Source of the DNA: an uncultured Acidobacteriota bacterium
Lineage (GTDB): Bacteria > Acidobacteriota > Thermoanaerobaculia > Multivoradales > UBA5704
NCBI GenBank assembly: GCA_963700145.1
Contig: OY969474.1
Span: 4,448,001 to 4,512,000 of the forward strand
Length of the DNA stretch: 64,000 bases
Reading direction: 5' to 3'
Positions 9,002 through 19,033 of the stretch are shown piece by piece (within the stretch, counting starts at the first letter, position 1; the number at the start of each line of letters is the position of its first letter). A program made the translations under genes and the position numbers. The notes beneath the pieces are model-generated. The model made no database searches and was not told where the DNA came from. It was given only the letters and a program-made list of their open reading frames with translations.

Positions 9002-10669
9002 GTGAAATCAATAGTTATGCTGTGCGCGATGGGGCTCGCCGGAGTCGCCGCCGCCACCGCCGAGGACGGCGCCGACCTCATCTTGGAACACGGCGTCTTC
9101 TACCCCGTCGAGCCGCCGGGCCGGGTCGAGGGGAGCCTGGCGGTGCGCGGCGGGCGGATCGCCTACCTGGGGCCGGACGCCGGCGCCGTGCCGCTGCGCG
9201 GACCGGCGACCCGCGTCGTCGACCTGGCGGGGCGGGCCGTCACCCCCGGGCTGATCGACGCCCACTCCCACCTCACCGGTCTCGGCGCCCGCCTGGCGCA
9301 GGTGGACCTCGCCGGCGTTCCGACCTACGAGGAGGTGGTGCGGCGGGTGCGCGCGGCGGCGGCCGCGATCCCGGCCGGCGGCTGGGTGCGCGGCCGCGGC
9401 TGGGACCAGAACCTCTGGCCCGAAAGGGACTTCCCGAACCACGCCGCGCTCTCGGCCGCGGTCCCCGACCACCCGGTCTGGCTGACCCGCGTCGACGGCC
9501 ACGCCGCCCTCTTGAACGCGCGCGCGCTGGAGCTGCTGGGGATCGGCGCCGCCACCGCCGACCCGGCGGGCGGACGCATCCTGCGCGACGCCGCCGGCCA
9601 GGCGACCGGGGTGCTGATCGACAACGCGATGGACCTCGCCGCCGGGCGCCTGCCGGTGCCGTCGGCGGTGGAGCTTGCCGAGGCGCTCACGGCGGCCGCC
9701 CGCCACTGCCTGGAGCGCGGGCTCACCACGGTCACCGACATGGGCGTGAGCCAGCCGGTCTACGAGGCCTACGCCGGCCTCCGCCGCGAGGGGCGCCTGC
9801 CGCTGCGCGCCGCGCTCTTCCTGACCGACGACGAGGCGCTCCTCGCGCGCTGGTTCGAGCGCGGCCCGGAGCTGGACCCCGAGGCGCGGCTCCAAGTGCG
9901 CGGCGTCAAGCTCTACGCCGACGGCGCGCTCGGCAGCCGCGGCGCGGCGCTCGTCGAGCCCTACGCCGACGACCCCGCCAACCTCGGGCTCCTGGTGACC
10001 CCGGGCGGGCGCCTGGAGGAGGTCACGCGCCGCGCCCTCCACCACGGCTTCCAGGTCGGCGTGCACGCGATCGGCGATCGCGGCGCGCTGGTGGCGCTCG
10101 ACGCCCTCGAGCGCGCCGGCGGCGGCGCCCGCCCCGAGGCGCGGCTGCGGCTCGAGCACGCGCAGGTGCTGCGCCTGCAGGACATCGAGCGGCTGGCGCG
10201 GCTGGGGGTCCTCGCCTCGATGCAGCCGACGCACGCCACCTCCGACATGCCCTGGGCCGAGGCGCGCGTCGGACCCGTGCGCCTGGCCGGCGCCTACGCC
10301 TGGCGGAAGGTGCTCGACGCCGGCGGCCGGCTGGCGCTGGGCAGCGACTTCCCGGTCGAGGCCGCCGACCCGCTCCTCGGGCTCTACGCCGCCGTCACCC
10401 GCCAGGACCTCAAGGGGCGGCCGGCGGACGGCTGGCTCCCCGCCGAGCGGCTGACCCGCGAGGAGGCGCTGCGCGGCTTCACGCTCGACGCCGCCTACTC
10501 GCTCTTCCTCGACGGCGAGGTGGGGTCGCTGGCGGTGGGCAAGCGCGCCGACCTCGTCGTCTTCGGCGCCGACCCGATGCAGGTGCCGGCGGCGGAGATC
10601 CCGCGCGTGCCGGTCGACCTCGTGCTGGTGGACGGCGCGGTGGCGTTCGCGCGCCAGGGGGCGCCGTGA
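9002..10669 (+). CDS. Amidohydrolase (YtcJ-like, amidohydro_3)
   Basis: PGLIDAHSH, KLYADGALGSRGA, HAIGD, RLEHAQ, GSDFPVE. Confidence 0.92.
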   Translation: MKSIVMLCAMGLAGVAAATAEDGADLILEHGVFYPVEPPGRVEGSLAVRGGRIAYLGPDAGAVPLRGPATRVVDLAGRAVTPGLIDAHSHLTGLGARLAQVDLAGVPTYEEVVRRVRAAAAAIPAGGWVRGRGWDQNLWPERDFPNHAALSAAVPDHPVWLTRVDGHAALLNARALELLGIGAATADPAGGRILRDAAGQATGVLIDNAMDLAAGRLPVPSAVELAEALTAAARHCLERGLTTVTDMGVSQPVYEAYAGLRREGRLPLRAALFLTDDEALLARWFERGPELDPEARLQVRGVKLYADGALGSRGAALVEPYADDPANLGLLVTPGGRLEEVTRRALHHGFQVGVHAIGDRGALVALDALERAGGGARPEARLRLEHAQVLRLQDIERLARLGVLASMQPTHATSDMPWAEARVGPVRLAGAYAWRKVLDAGGRLALGSDFPVEAADPLLGLYAAVTRQDLKGRPADGWLPAERLTREEALRGFTLDAAYSLFLDGEVGSLAVGKRADLVVFGADPMQVPAAEIPRVPVDLVLVDGAVAFARQGAP

Positions 10670-11382
10670 AGCGCGCGGCCTGCCTGGCCCTCGCCGCCCT
10701 GCTCTTCGCCGGCGCCCCGGCGGCGGCCGCCGACCCCTTCGCGCGCTCGCGCCGGGAGATGGTCGAGCAGCAGATCCGCTCCCGCGGCATCGTGCAGCCG
10801 GACGTGCTGCGCGCCATGGAGCAGGTGCCGCGCCACCTCTTCGCGCCGCGGCCGCTCCAGGAGCAGGCCTACGCCGACGAGGCGCTGGCGGTGGGCGCCG
10901 GGCGGAGCATCTACCAGCCCTACATCGTGGCGATGATGACCCAGCTCCTCGACCTCGACCGCAACGACAAGGTGCTGGAGGTGGGGACCGGCTCGGGCTA
11001 CCACGCCGCGGTCTTGTCGCGCGTGGCGCGCCAGGTCTACTCGATCGAGATCGACGCCGGCGTGGCGCAGCAGGCGATCCGCCGGCTCGGCGAGCTCGGC
11101 TACCGCAACGTCGAGGTGCGGGTCGGGGACGGCTACCTGGGGTGGCCGGCGTGGGCGCCCTACGACGCCATCCTCCTCTCCGCCGCGCCGCCGCACATCC
11201 CGCAGCCGCTCCTCGACCAGCTCCGCGTCGGCGGCAAGATGGTGGCGCCGGTCGGGGAGTTCTTCCAGGACCTGCTGGTCATCACCAAGACCGCCGACGG
11301 CCTGGAGAAGCGGAGCGTCATCCCGGTGGTGCTGTCGCCGATGCGGGGCAAGGTGCGCGATGTGCATCGGCCCCGCCGCTAG
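10666..11382 (+). CDS. pcm: Protein-L-isoaspartate O-methyltransferase, copy 1 (signal-peptide-like N-terminus)
   Basis: VPRHLF, IYQPYIVAMM, VLEVGTGSGYHAA, GDGYLGWP, LLDQLRVGG. Confidence 0.9.
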   Translation: MKRAACLALAALLFAGAPAAAADPFARSRREMVEQQIRSRGIVQPDVLRAMEQVPRHLFAPRPLQEQAYADEALAVGAGRSIYQPYIVAMMTQLLDLDRNDKVLEVGTGSGYHAAVLSRVARQVYSIEIDAGVAQQAIRRLGELGYRNVEVRVGDGYLGWPAWAPYDAILLSAAPPHIPQPLLDQLRVGGKMVAPVGEFFQDLLVITKTADGLEKRSVIPVVLSPMRGKVRDVHRPRR

Positions 11383-12124
11383 GCGGCGGGCGCGGCGGAC
11401 GGCCGGCACCCTGGCCGCTCTCCTGGCGGTCGGAGCGGGATGCGCCATGGCAAGCGACCCCACCTTGGTGGCCCGGCGGCGGATGGTCGAGGAGCAGATC
11501 CGCGGGCGCGGCATCACCGACGCGCGCCTCCTGGCGGTGCTCGCGGAGGTGCCGCGCCACCTCTTCGTGCCGGAGGCGGAGCGGTCCGCGGCCTACGGCG
11601 ACCACCCGCTGCCGATCGGCGCCGGGCAGACGATCTCGCAGCCCTACATCGTCGCCCTGATGACCTCGCTGCTGGACCTGAAGCCCGGCTCCAGAGTGCT
11701 GGAGATCGGCACCGGCTCCGGCTACCAAGCCGCCGTCCTGTCGCGCCTGGTGCGCGAGGTCTACTCGATCGAGATCGTGCCGGAGCTGGGGGAGCGGGCG
11801 CGGAAGACCCTGGGCGAGCTCGGCTACGGCAACGTCCAGGTGCGGATCGGCGACGGCTACCGCGGCTGGCCCGAGGCCGCGCCCTTCGACGCCGTCCTCT
11901 TGACCGCCGCCCCCACCGACGTGCCGCAGCCGCTCCTCGACCAGCTGAAGGTGGGCGGCAAGATGGTGCTGCCGATCGGCCGCTGGTGGCAGGAGCTGGT
12001 GGTGCTGACGAAGACCCCGAAAGGCATCGTGCGCGAAGAGGTCGCGCCGGTCCGCTTCGTGCCGATGACCGGCGAGGCGGAGGACGGGCCGCCCGCGCGG
12101 CCGCCGGAAACGCCCGGCACGTAG
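11360..12124 (+). CDS. pcm: Protein-L-isoaspartate O-methyltransferase, copy 2 (lipobox-like N-terminus)
   Basis: QTISQPYIVALM, VLEIGTGSGYQAA, GDGYRGWPEAAPFD, VRFVPM. Confidence 0.92.
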   Translation: MCIGPAARRRARRTAGTLAALLAVGAGCAMASDPTLVARRRMVEEQIRGRGITDARLLAVLAEVPRHLFVPEAERSAAYGDHPLPIGAGQTISQPYIVALMTSLLDLKPGSRVLEIGTGSGYQAAVLSRLVREVYSIEIVPELGERARKTLGELGYGNVQVRIGDGYRGWPEAAPFDAVLLTAAPTDVPQPLLDQLKVGGKMVLPIGRWWQELVVLTKTPKGIVREEVAPVRFVPMTGEAEDGPPARPPETPGT

Positions 12125-12150
12125 GCCGGGCGCTACGTCCGGTCCGGTAG

Positions 12151-12177
12151 CGCCCGGGCCACGTCCCGGGCGTTTTT
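12151..12177 (+). terminator. Intrinsic terminator
   Basis: CGCCCGGG-ccacgt-CCCGGGCG followed by TTTTT, between convergent genes. Confidence 0.7.
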
Positions 12178-12182
12178 GCGTC

Positions 12183-13243
12183 TCAGCCGCCGGGCGCGCA
12201 GCCGCCGCGCGCCGCTTCCGCCGCAAGCGTCAGGCGCTCCCGCTCGCCGCCGTCCGGCGCCGCGGCGGCGGCCTCGGCGTAGGCGGCCGCGGCCTCGGCG
12301 CAGCGCCCCTGGGCCTGGAGGGCGCGCGCCAGGGTGTCGAGCGGCAGGTGGCGGTCGGCGCCGCCGGCGGCCAGGGCGCGCCGCGCCAGCTCTTCGGCCT
12401 CGGCCTCCCGCCCGTCGTGCTGCTCGAGCAGCAGCCAGGCGAGGTTGTTGAGGGCGTCGCCGCTCGCCGGGTCGAGCGCCAGCGCCTGGCGGTAGGCGGC
12501 TTCGGCCAGCGCCGGCTCCTTGCGGCCGGCTTCGGCGTTGCCCAGGTTGGTCCAGACCAGCGCCGAAGGCGCCTCGTCGAGGAGCTTGCGGTAGAGCGCC
12601 ACCGCCTCCTCGACCCGCCCCGCCGCCTCCAGCGCCACCGCGTAGCGCACCATCCGGTCGGCCGGCGTCTCGGTCGTGCCGGCGGCCGCGTCGGCGGGGG
12701 CGATGAGGAGCGTCGTGTGCTTGGTCGGTCGCCAGGCGCGGTCGAGCTTTTCGAAGGTCGTCCAGCGCGGCGTCTCGTCGCCGAACTGCACGCGCACCAG
12801 GTCCTGGCCCGGCGCGATGCCGTCGGCAACGATGTAATGGTAGTAGTCGTGCGCCAAGCCGGGGGCTTCGAGCACCTTGAGCATCAGGATGGCCGGCCGT
12901 CCCGCCAGCAGCTCGCTCTTCACCAGCTCGGCGCTGCCCTCCACCATGCGCGCGGCGTAGCCGCGGCGGCGAGCCTCCAGCACCAGGTCGAGCGTCAGCA
13001 CGCCGTCGTTGCGCCCTCGCGGCAGCGCCGCCTCCAGCTCCTCGAAGGTCGCCGCGTCGCCGTAGTAGCCGAGGACGACCTTGAGGCTGCCGGCGCCGCA
13101 GCTCTCGACGCCGAAGCTCTGCACCGGCACGCCAGGCAGCACCCGGGCGTCGGCGCCCGGGCGCTGCGAGCGGGGGGCAGGACGGCGCACCCGCCGGCCG
13201 CGAGCCCGGCCAGCAGGAGCGCCGTCGCAGAGGTGAGACGCAC
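12183..13243 (-). CDS. PA2778-family C39-like cysteine peptidase lipoprotein with TPRs; apparent frameshift in G6 run at 13172-13177
   Basis: Lipobox MRLTSATALLLAGLAAGGC is in one frame; VPVQSFGVESCGAGSL, YHYIVADG and TPRs are in another. One extra C in the run restores the frame. Confidence 0.75.
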
Positions 13244-13249
13244 CGGTCG

Positions 13250-13621
13250 CTAGGCGATGGCGACGATCGCCAGCACGATGACGCCCGCGACGACGATCCA
13301 GATCCACCACGGCCACTGCCCGGCGGCCTGGAGCTGCTCGACCTGGTTGGCGAGCGCCGACAGCTCTTCGGGAGCGAGCTGGGCCAGCCGCAGGTTGGCC
13401 TCCTCGCGGGTGAAGCCTTGCGCGGCCAGCGCCGCCGCCACTTCCTCCTGGTCGATGACGGAGGCGAGGCTGGCGAGGTCGCTCTCGCGCTCGACCAGTG
13501 TCTGGTCGGGCGCGGTCTTCGAGGGAGCCGGCAGCGCGTAGGCCGCCGGCGCCAAGGCGGCGGCGAACAGCAGCATTGCGAAGCCGGCGAGGATCAGGTG
13601 ACGGAGCCGTACGCTGTGCAT
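13250..13621 (-). CDS. PA2779-family protein, copy 2
   Basis: Signal peptide, EANLRLAQLAPEEL, QLQAAG followed by hydrophobic tail. Confidence 0.8.
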   Translation of the reverse strand: MHSVRLRHLILAGFAMLLFAAALAPAAYALPAPSKTAPDQTLVERESDLASLASVIDQEEVAAALAAQGFTREEANLRLAQLAPEELSALANQVEQLQAAGQWPWWIWIVVAGVIVLAIVAIA

Positions 13622-13632
13622 TCGAGCCTCCC

Positions 13633-14001
13633 TTAGGCGACCGCGACGATTGCGACGACGATGAGGACCGCGACGAGGATCCAGATCCAGTAAGGCACCT
13701 GCCCGGCGGCCTGGAGCTGCTCGACCTGGTTGGCGAGCGCCCCGAGCTCCTCGGGGGCGAGCTGGGCCAATCGCAAATTGGCCTCCTCGCGGGTGAAGCC
13801 CTGCGCGGCGAGGACCGCCATGACCTCCTCCTGCTCGAGGACGCCGGTGACGGTCGCGAGGTCGGCCTCGCGCTCGGCCAGCGTCTGGTCGGGGGCGGTC
13901 TTCGAGGGCGCCGGCAGCGCGGCGGCCGGCGTCAGGGCGCCGGCGAGCAGCAGGACGGCGAGACCGGCGAGGAACAGATGGGGACGTCGTGAGCTGTGCA
14001 T
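13633..14001 (-). CDS. PA2779-family protein, copy 1
   Basis: Near-identical paralogue of 13250-13621; GAGGAGG SD. Confidence 0.8.
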   Translation of the reverse strand: MHSSRRPHLFLAGLAVLLLAGALTPAAALPAPSKTAPDQTLAEREADLATVTGVLEQEEVMAVLAAQGFTREEANLRLAQLAPEELGALANQVEQLQAAGQVPYWIWILVAVLIVVAIVAVA

Positions 14002-14124
14002 CGGGGCCTCCTCTGTAGGGTCGGTTTTCCGGCGACGCCGGCGCAACCACCCCGCCCCGCCGCCTGTCTGGCCGCTTGGGGCGTGCAAGCCGGGTGCCCG
14101 GACGGAGGGGGAACGCCGGCCCGC

Positions 14125-14697
14125 CTAGGGCTCCCGGCGGAGGCGCACCGTCCAGTCCGCCAGCTCCGCGAGCAGCCGGCCGACGAACTCCCGGGTCTTC
14201 TCGTCGGTCAGCCGGCCTTCGGCGTCGAACTTCTCGTGCGCCCGGTAGACCAGGATCTCCGGCTGCAGCACCGCCGGGTTCTGAGTGAAGACGAAGGCCT
14301 GGCGGAGCTGCGTCTGCGCCCGCGCCGTGCCGGTGACGGCGGGGCTGGCGCCGAAGATCGCCGCCGGCTTGCCGGCCAGCACCGAGGCCCGCGGCGGGCG
14401 CGAGGCCCAGTCGATGGCGTTCTTGAGCACGCCGGGCACGCCGTGGTTGTACTCGGGCGTGGCGATGAGCAGGGCGTCGGCCTCGCCGATCGCGCGCTTG
14501 AGCGCCTGCACCGGCTCGGGGTCGCCCGCGGCCTCCACGTCCTCGTTGAAGAGCGGGACCTCGGCCAGTCGGTCGAAGACCCGGATCTCCATCCCCGCCG
14601 GCGCCAGCTCCTGCGCCGCCCGCAGCAGCGCGCGGTTGTACGACTTCCGCCGCAAGCTGCCGGCGATGCCGCAGACGACGAGCGGGGGCGCGCTCAT
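14125..14697 (-). CDS. NAD(P)H-dependent FMN reductase (ChrR/SsuE family)
   Basis: GSLRRKSYN, TPEYNHGVPGVLKNAIDW, GTARAQ. Confidence 0.92.
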   Translation of the reverse strand: MSAPPLVVCGIAGSLRRKSYNRALLRAAQELAPAGMEIRVFDRLAEVPLFNEDVEAAGDPEPVQALKRAIGEADALLIATPEYNHGVPGVLKNAIDWASRPPRASVLAGKPAAIFGASPAVTGTARAQTQLRQAFVFTQNPAVLQPEILVYRAHEKFDAEGRLTDEKTREFVGRLLAELADWTVRLRREP

Positions 14698-14805
14698 GCA
14701 GTCGAGGCTAGCAGGTCGCCGCTCGCCGCGAGCCGGCGAGTAACCTGTACCGGCCGCCGACGTATCTCTCGGCAGCCGCCAACCTTTCGACCGAGGAGGC
14801 CGACC

Positions 14806-16608
14806 GTGCCCGAGTCCCGCCGTTCGCCGCTGGCGATCCTGCTCTCCCTTACCTTGACGCTCCTTGCCGTCCCGGCCTGCGCGGCGCCGCCGCCGCCGCC
14901 GGCGCCCGCGGCGGGCGACGCCGCGTTCGTCGCCGAGACCCGGGAGTACCTCGGGCGGCTCGCCAAGCTCGGGTTCGCCGGCGTCGTCCTGGTGGCGCGC
15001 AACGGCGCGCCGCTGCTGGCCGAGGGGTACGGGCTGGCGGACCGGGAGCGCGGGATTCCCTGGGGCCCGGGGACGGTCTCCGACATCGGCTCGATCACCA
15101 AGCAGTTCACCGCCGCCGCCATCCTCTCGCTCGCCGAGGAGGGCCGCCTGCGGGTGACCGACCCGCTCACCGCCCACTTCGAGGGCGTGCCGGAGGACAA
15201 GCGCGCCATCACCCTGCACCAGCTCCTCACCCACTCCTCGGGCATCGTGGACCTCGCCGGCGAGGGCGACTGGGACCCGATCCTGCGCGACGAGTTCGTG
15301 CGGCGCATCTTCGCCCAGCCGCTCGCCTTCCCGCCCGGCGGCGGGTACGAGTACTCGAACGCCGGCTACAGCCTGCTCGGCGCCATCATCGAGCGCCTGA
15401 GCGGCGGCTCGTACGAGCGCTTCGTGCGCGAGCGGCTCTTCCTGCCGCACGGGCTCTACGAGACCGGGTACGTGCTCGCCGGCTGGGGCGACAGGCGGAT
15501 GGCGCAGGGCTACGAGGGCGCGGAGAAGTGGGGCACGACCCTCGACCGCCCGCTCGCCGAGGACGGCCCGTTCTGGGTGCTGCGCGCCAACGGCGGCATC
15601 CACACGACGGCCTACGACATGCTGCGCTGGGCCGAGGCGCTGCTCGCCGGGCGCGTGCTCTCGGCCGCCTCGCGCGAGCAGCTGTGGACGCCGCACGTCG
15701 CGGAGGAGCAGGGCGGCGACAGCTTCTACGGCTACGGCTGGGCGGTGCAGGACGTCGAGGGCTTCCGCGTCGTCACCCACAACGGCGGCAACGGCGTCTT
15801 CTTCGCCGACCTGGCGCTGGTGCCGGACGCCGGGATCGTCGTCTTCCTCCAGACCAACGTCCTCGCCGGCAACCGGTACGTGCAGCAGCTCCTCGGCCGC
15901 ATCGGCTTCCGGCTGGCGGCGGGGCGGCCCTACCCGGAGGTCCCCAACGTCGTACCGGCCGACCCCGCGCGCCTCGCTGAGCTGGCGGGCGACTGGGCGC
16001 TGGCGGAGGGCGGCCGCCTGCGCGCCACGGCGGAGGCCGACGCCCTCCTGCTCGAGCCGCTCGACGCGCCGGCCTTCGCCCGTCTACTCTCGATCCCGCC
16101 GCAGGACGCCGCCGACCGGGCGCTCGGCGCCGAGCGCAACCGCCGGCTGGACGAAGCGGTGCCCGCCCTGCTGGCGGGCGACGCGGCGCCGCTCCACCGC
16201 CTCTACGGCGCGGGCGCCGACGTCACCCTGGAGCGGCTGAGCGCGGTGTGGGCCGAACGGCTCGCGGCCTTCGCCGAGCGCCGCGGCGCCGCCCGCGGCG
16301 CGGAGGTGCTGGGGACGGCGCGCCGCGAGGACCGCCACTTCACCGTCGTCCGCTTCCGCTTCGCGCGCGGCGTCGAGGACGTCGCCTTCGTCTGGCAGGG
16401 CGAGCCGCAGGGGCGCCTCCTGGGGATCTCGATCGGCGGCCTCGAGCCGCGCCTGCGCTTCCGCGGCGAGGCGGCCGGCGGCTACGCCGCGTGGGACCCG
16501 CGCTCCGGCGCCACCGTGCCGCTGCGCGTCGAGGGCGCCGGCCCCGCGGCGCGCCTCCTCATCGGCGAGGGCGACCGGGCGGCCGCCGCGACGCGGGCCG
16601 CGCAATGA
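14806..16608 (+). CDS. Serine hydrolase (beta-lactamase/PBP family), probable lipoprotein
   Basis: SITK, LLTHSSG, YSN, HNG motifs; GAGGAGG SD before GTG. Confidence 0.88.
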   Translation: MPESRRSPLAILLSLTLTLLAVPACAAPPPPPAPAAGDAAFVAETREYLGRLAKLGFAGVVLVARNGAPLLAEGYGLADRERGIPWGPGTVSDIGSITKQFTAAAILSLAEEGRLRVTDPLTAHFEGVPEDKRAITLHQLLTHSSGIVDLAGEGDWDPILRDEFVRRIFAQPLAFPPGGGYEYSNAGYSLLGAIIERLSGGSYERFVRERLFLPHGLYETGYVLAGWGDRRMAQGYEGAEKWGTTLDRPLAEDGPFWVLRANGGIHTTAYDMLRWAEALLAGRVLSAASREQLWTPHVAEEQGGDSFYGYGWAVQDVEGFRVVTHNGGNGVFFADLALVPDAGIVVFLQTNVLAGNRYVQQLLGRIGFRLAAGRPYPEVPNVVPADPARLAELAGDWALAEGGRLRATAEADALLLEPLDAPAFARLLSIPPQDAADRALGAERNRRLDEAVPALLAGDAAPLHRLYGAGADVTLERLSAVWAERLAAFAERRGAARGAEVLGTARREDRHFTVVRFRFARGVEDVAFVWQGEPQGRLLGISIGGLEPRLRFRGEAAGGYAAWDPRSGATVPLRVEGAGPAARLLIGEGDRAAAATRAAQ

Positions 16609-16640
16609 AAAACGCCCCCGGGGAGGGCTCCCCGGGGGCG
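16608..16640 (-). terminator. Intrinsic terminator (12-bp stem), U-tract on minus strand
   Basis: AAAAA-CGCCCCCGGGGA-gggc-TCCCCGGGGGCG between convergent genes. Confidence 0.8.
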
Positions 16641-16666
16641 CGATGCTGCGGCGCGAGGGCCTCGGT

Positions 16667-19033
16667 CTAGAGGCTCAGCTTCCAGGTGCCGCGGCCGAGG
16701 GTGCCGGCCACCAGGACGTTGTTCTCTGCGTCGTAGTCCAGGTCGAAGATCGGCACGTTCGGCATACCGGTCCCAAGGGGCGACCAGACGTCGAACCCGT
16801 CGGCCTCGTACGACACGTAGATGCCGTTGAACGTGCTCACCACCAGGGCGTCGTTCGACCCGCGGGGGATGTACTCGATCCCGCGCAAGGCGATGGGTGC
16901 GAACGACTGGATGTTGCCCGAGACGTCGGTCCACGTCGTCCCGCCGTCGAGCGTCTGGAAGACCTGGGTCGTGTTGGTCAGGTAGATGGCGCCCGCGTTC
17001 GCCGGGTCGATGACGATGTCGCGGATCGTTCTCCCCACGGTGCGCGGATAGCTGAGGACCTCGGTCAGGGGAGCCGGATGAGCGGCGGTGCGGATGAAGA
17101 GACGGTCTTGAGCGGTTCCGGGCGGAGAGCCCGCGCCCACCACCAGCAGGTCCGGATTGCCCAGCCCGCCATAGGAGACCGCGTCGACGCCGTTACCGTT
17201 GATTTGGATCGGTGCGAGGAACCGGATGGTGTCCCCCTGGTCGAGCGACTCGTAGACCCCGTTGGCGCCGCCGAACACGATCCGCGTCGGCGTAATCGCA
17301 TTGAGCTCCACCGGCGTCGTGAACTGCCCCACGAACGCCGGGCCGCCCCCGACGACCGTGAGGTTCGGGAAGACGAACGCCACGAGGTCGTTGGTCGCAT
17401 CCCAGAAGCTGCGGAGGAACGCCTGCAGGCCCTGGGCGCTGTCGTAGCGGATCGACTGGCCGGGGGCCGCCGTCACGTTGTCGACCGCGGTGTCGCCGCC
17501 GTCACCGGAGAGCAGCACGAACCAGTCGGTGCTGTCCTCGGAGTCCTGGTGCGGGTCGTCGTTGTCCTGCGTGCCGACGAAGCCGACGTCGGCCAGGGTG
17601 TCGAAGGAGTTGTCGTGCACCTCCGTCACCTGCAGGTCGCCGACGATCGTGAACCAGTTGCCGGCCGCGGTGGCCGGGCTGGTGCGCCGGTAGACGCCGC
17701 CGTCGTCGGTCTCGATGATGTTGCCATTGGCGTCGAAGGTCATCTCCCGCGAGTCGGCGTGCGGCGAGCTGTTCGAGGCGGTGCCGACGTGGGTGAGCGG
17801 CGTGCACTGGCTGCCCGGTGCCAGCGACGCGTCGCAGCGGAACAGGCGGCCCGAGAAGTTCTGGGCGCCGATCGTGTTGGGGAACTGCGGCGGGAACGAC
17901 AGGCCCTCCTCGAGGCGGAACGGCTGCCGGTCGCCGCCGAGGTAGACGAGGTTGTGGTTGGTCCGGTCGGCGAGGATCGACAGGTGGATCGAGCCCTGCG
18001 CGCCGGGATGGATGCCGACGTTGTTGGGGCCGGTCCGCGGAAGGTCCATGGCGGTCCAGGTGGTGCCGCCGTCGCCGGAGCGGAAGAGCCCCGCCAGGCG
18101 TCCGGGGTTGACGATCGCGCAGTAGACGTTGTTGTTCAAGCCCGCCGAGAACTCGGTGTTGCTCGCCGAGTTGGTGAGCACGGCGTCCATCGCCGCGTTG
18201 CTGACCTTGGCCCAGGTGGCGCCGGTGTCGAGGCTGCGGTAGACGCCGTTCGTCCCGCCGACGAGGTTGGCGAAGGTGACGCTGGTGAAGAGCCGCGCCG
18301 GGTTGGTGGAATCGACCACCAAGTCGTGCGTGACGCCGCCGGGAAGTCCCGTCGCCGTGCCGTTGCCGTTGGAGATTTGGGTGAAGGTGGCGCCGCCGTT
18401 GGTGCTGCGCCAGATCCCGAGGCTCGTGACCAGGTTGGGTTCGGCCTCGTTGACCGAGACGACGATCGTGTTGCCCTGCGCCACCAGGCCCGAGATGTTC
18501 TTGAGCAGGAGGACGCCGCCGCCGGTGACCGACGTCCAGCTCGAGCCGCCGTCCGTCGTCTTGTACAGCCCGACCCGGTTGCCGCCCAGGCGGCCGAACG
18601 AGCTGTAGCGGCCGACGCCGGCCCAGATCGTGTTCGACGTCGCGTCCGTGGTGTCGAACGCCATGGCGCCGATCGCCGAGGTCGCCAGCGTGTCGGTGAG
18701 CGGCAGCCAGTTCGGATTGTTGGACTGGGCGTTCGTCGTCTTCCAGATGCCGCCGTTGACGGCACCGATGTAGAGGATCCTGTGATCCGTGGGATGCGCG
18801 AGAACGGTGTGGATGGCCCCCACGATCTTGTTGTTCGGATTCGCGTTTTCGGACTGGCCCTTGACCGCCGGACCGGGGCCCTGCGCCGTCCACGCAATGG
18901 GGCCGATCGGCGGTTGGCCGGAGGCGGCGATGGGCAGCGCCAGCGCCACGGTGACGGCGAAGAGAGCGCACAAACCGGTGACCGCCCGCAGGCGGCCGCC
19001 CGGGAACTCGAAGCGCGAGGTACTCCTCAGCAT
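16667..19033 (-). CDS. Secreted BNR/Asp-box beta-propeller (VPS10/sialidase-like)
   Basis: Signal peptide, multiple (T/S)xDGGxxW Asp boxes, PHADSR, GTQDN, terminal GTLGRGTWK. Confidence 0.85.
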   Translation of the reverse strand: MLRSTSRFEFPGGRLRAVTGLCALFAVTVALALPIAASGQPPIGPIAWTAQGPGPAVKGQSENANPNNKIVGAIHTVLAHPTDHRILYIGAVNGGIWKTTNAQSNNPNWLPLTDTLATSAIGAMAFDTTDATSNTIWAGVGRYSSFGRLGGNRVGLYKTTDGGSSWTSVTGGGVLLLKNISGLVAQGNTIVVSVNEAEPNLVTSLGIWRSTNGGATFTQISNGNGTATGLPGGVTHDLVVDSTNPARLFTSVTFANLVGGTNGVYRSLDTGATWAKVSNAAMDAVLTNSASNTEFSAGLNNNVYCAIVNPGRLAGLFRSGDGGTTWTAMDLPRTGPNNVGIHPGAQGSIHLSILADRTNHNLVYLGGDRQPFRLEEGLSFPPQFPNTIGAQNFSGRLFRCDASLAPGSQCTPLTHVGTASNSSPHADSREMTFDANGNIIETDDGGVYRRTSPATAAGNWFTIVGDLQVTEVHDNSFDTLADVGFVGTQDNDDPHQDSEDSTDWFVLLSGDGGDTAVDNVTAAPGQSIRYDSAQGLQAFLRSFWDATNDLVAFVFPNLTVVGGGPAFVGQFTTPVELNAITPTRIVFGGANGVYESLDQGDTIRFLAPIQINGNGVDAVSYGGLGNPDLLVVGAGSPPGTAQDRLFIRTAAHPAPLTEVLSYPRTVGRTIRDIVIDPANAGAIYLTNTTQVFQTLDGGTTWTDVSGNIQSFAPIALRGIEYIPRGSNDALVVSTFNGIYVSYEADGFDVWSPLGTGMPNVPIFDLDYDAENNVLVAGTLGRGTWKLSL

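Noticed and set aside
14806-16608. Antibiotic-resistance beta-lactamase
   Set aside because: The motifs (SxxK, YxN, HNG) fit the broad serine hydrolase family; there is no evidence for resistance function.
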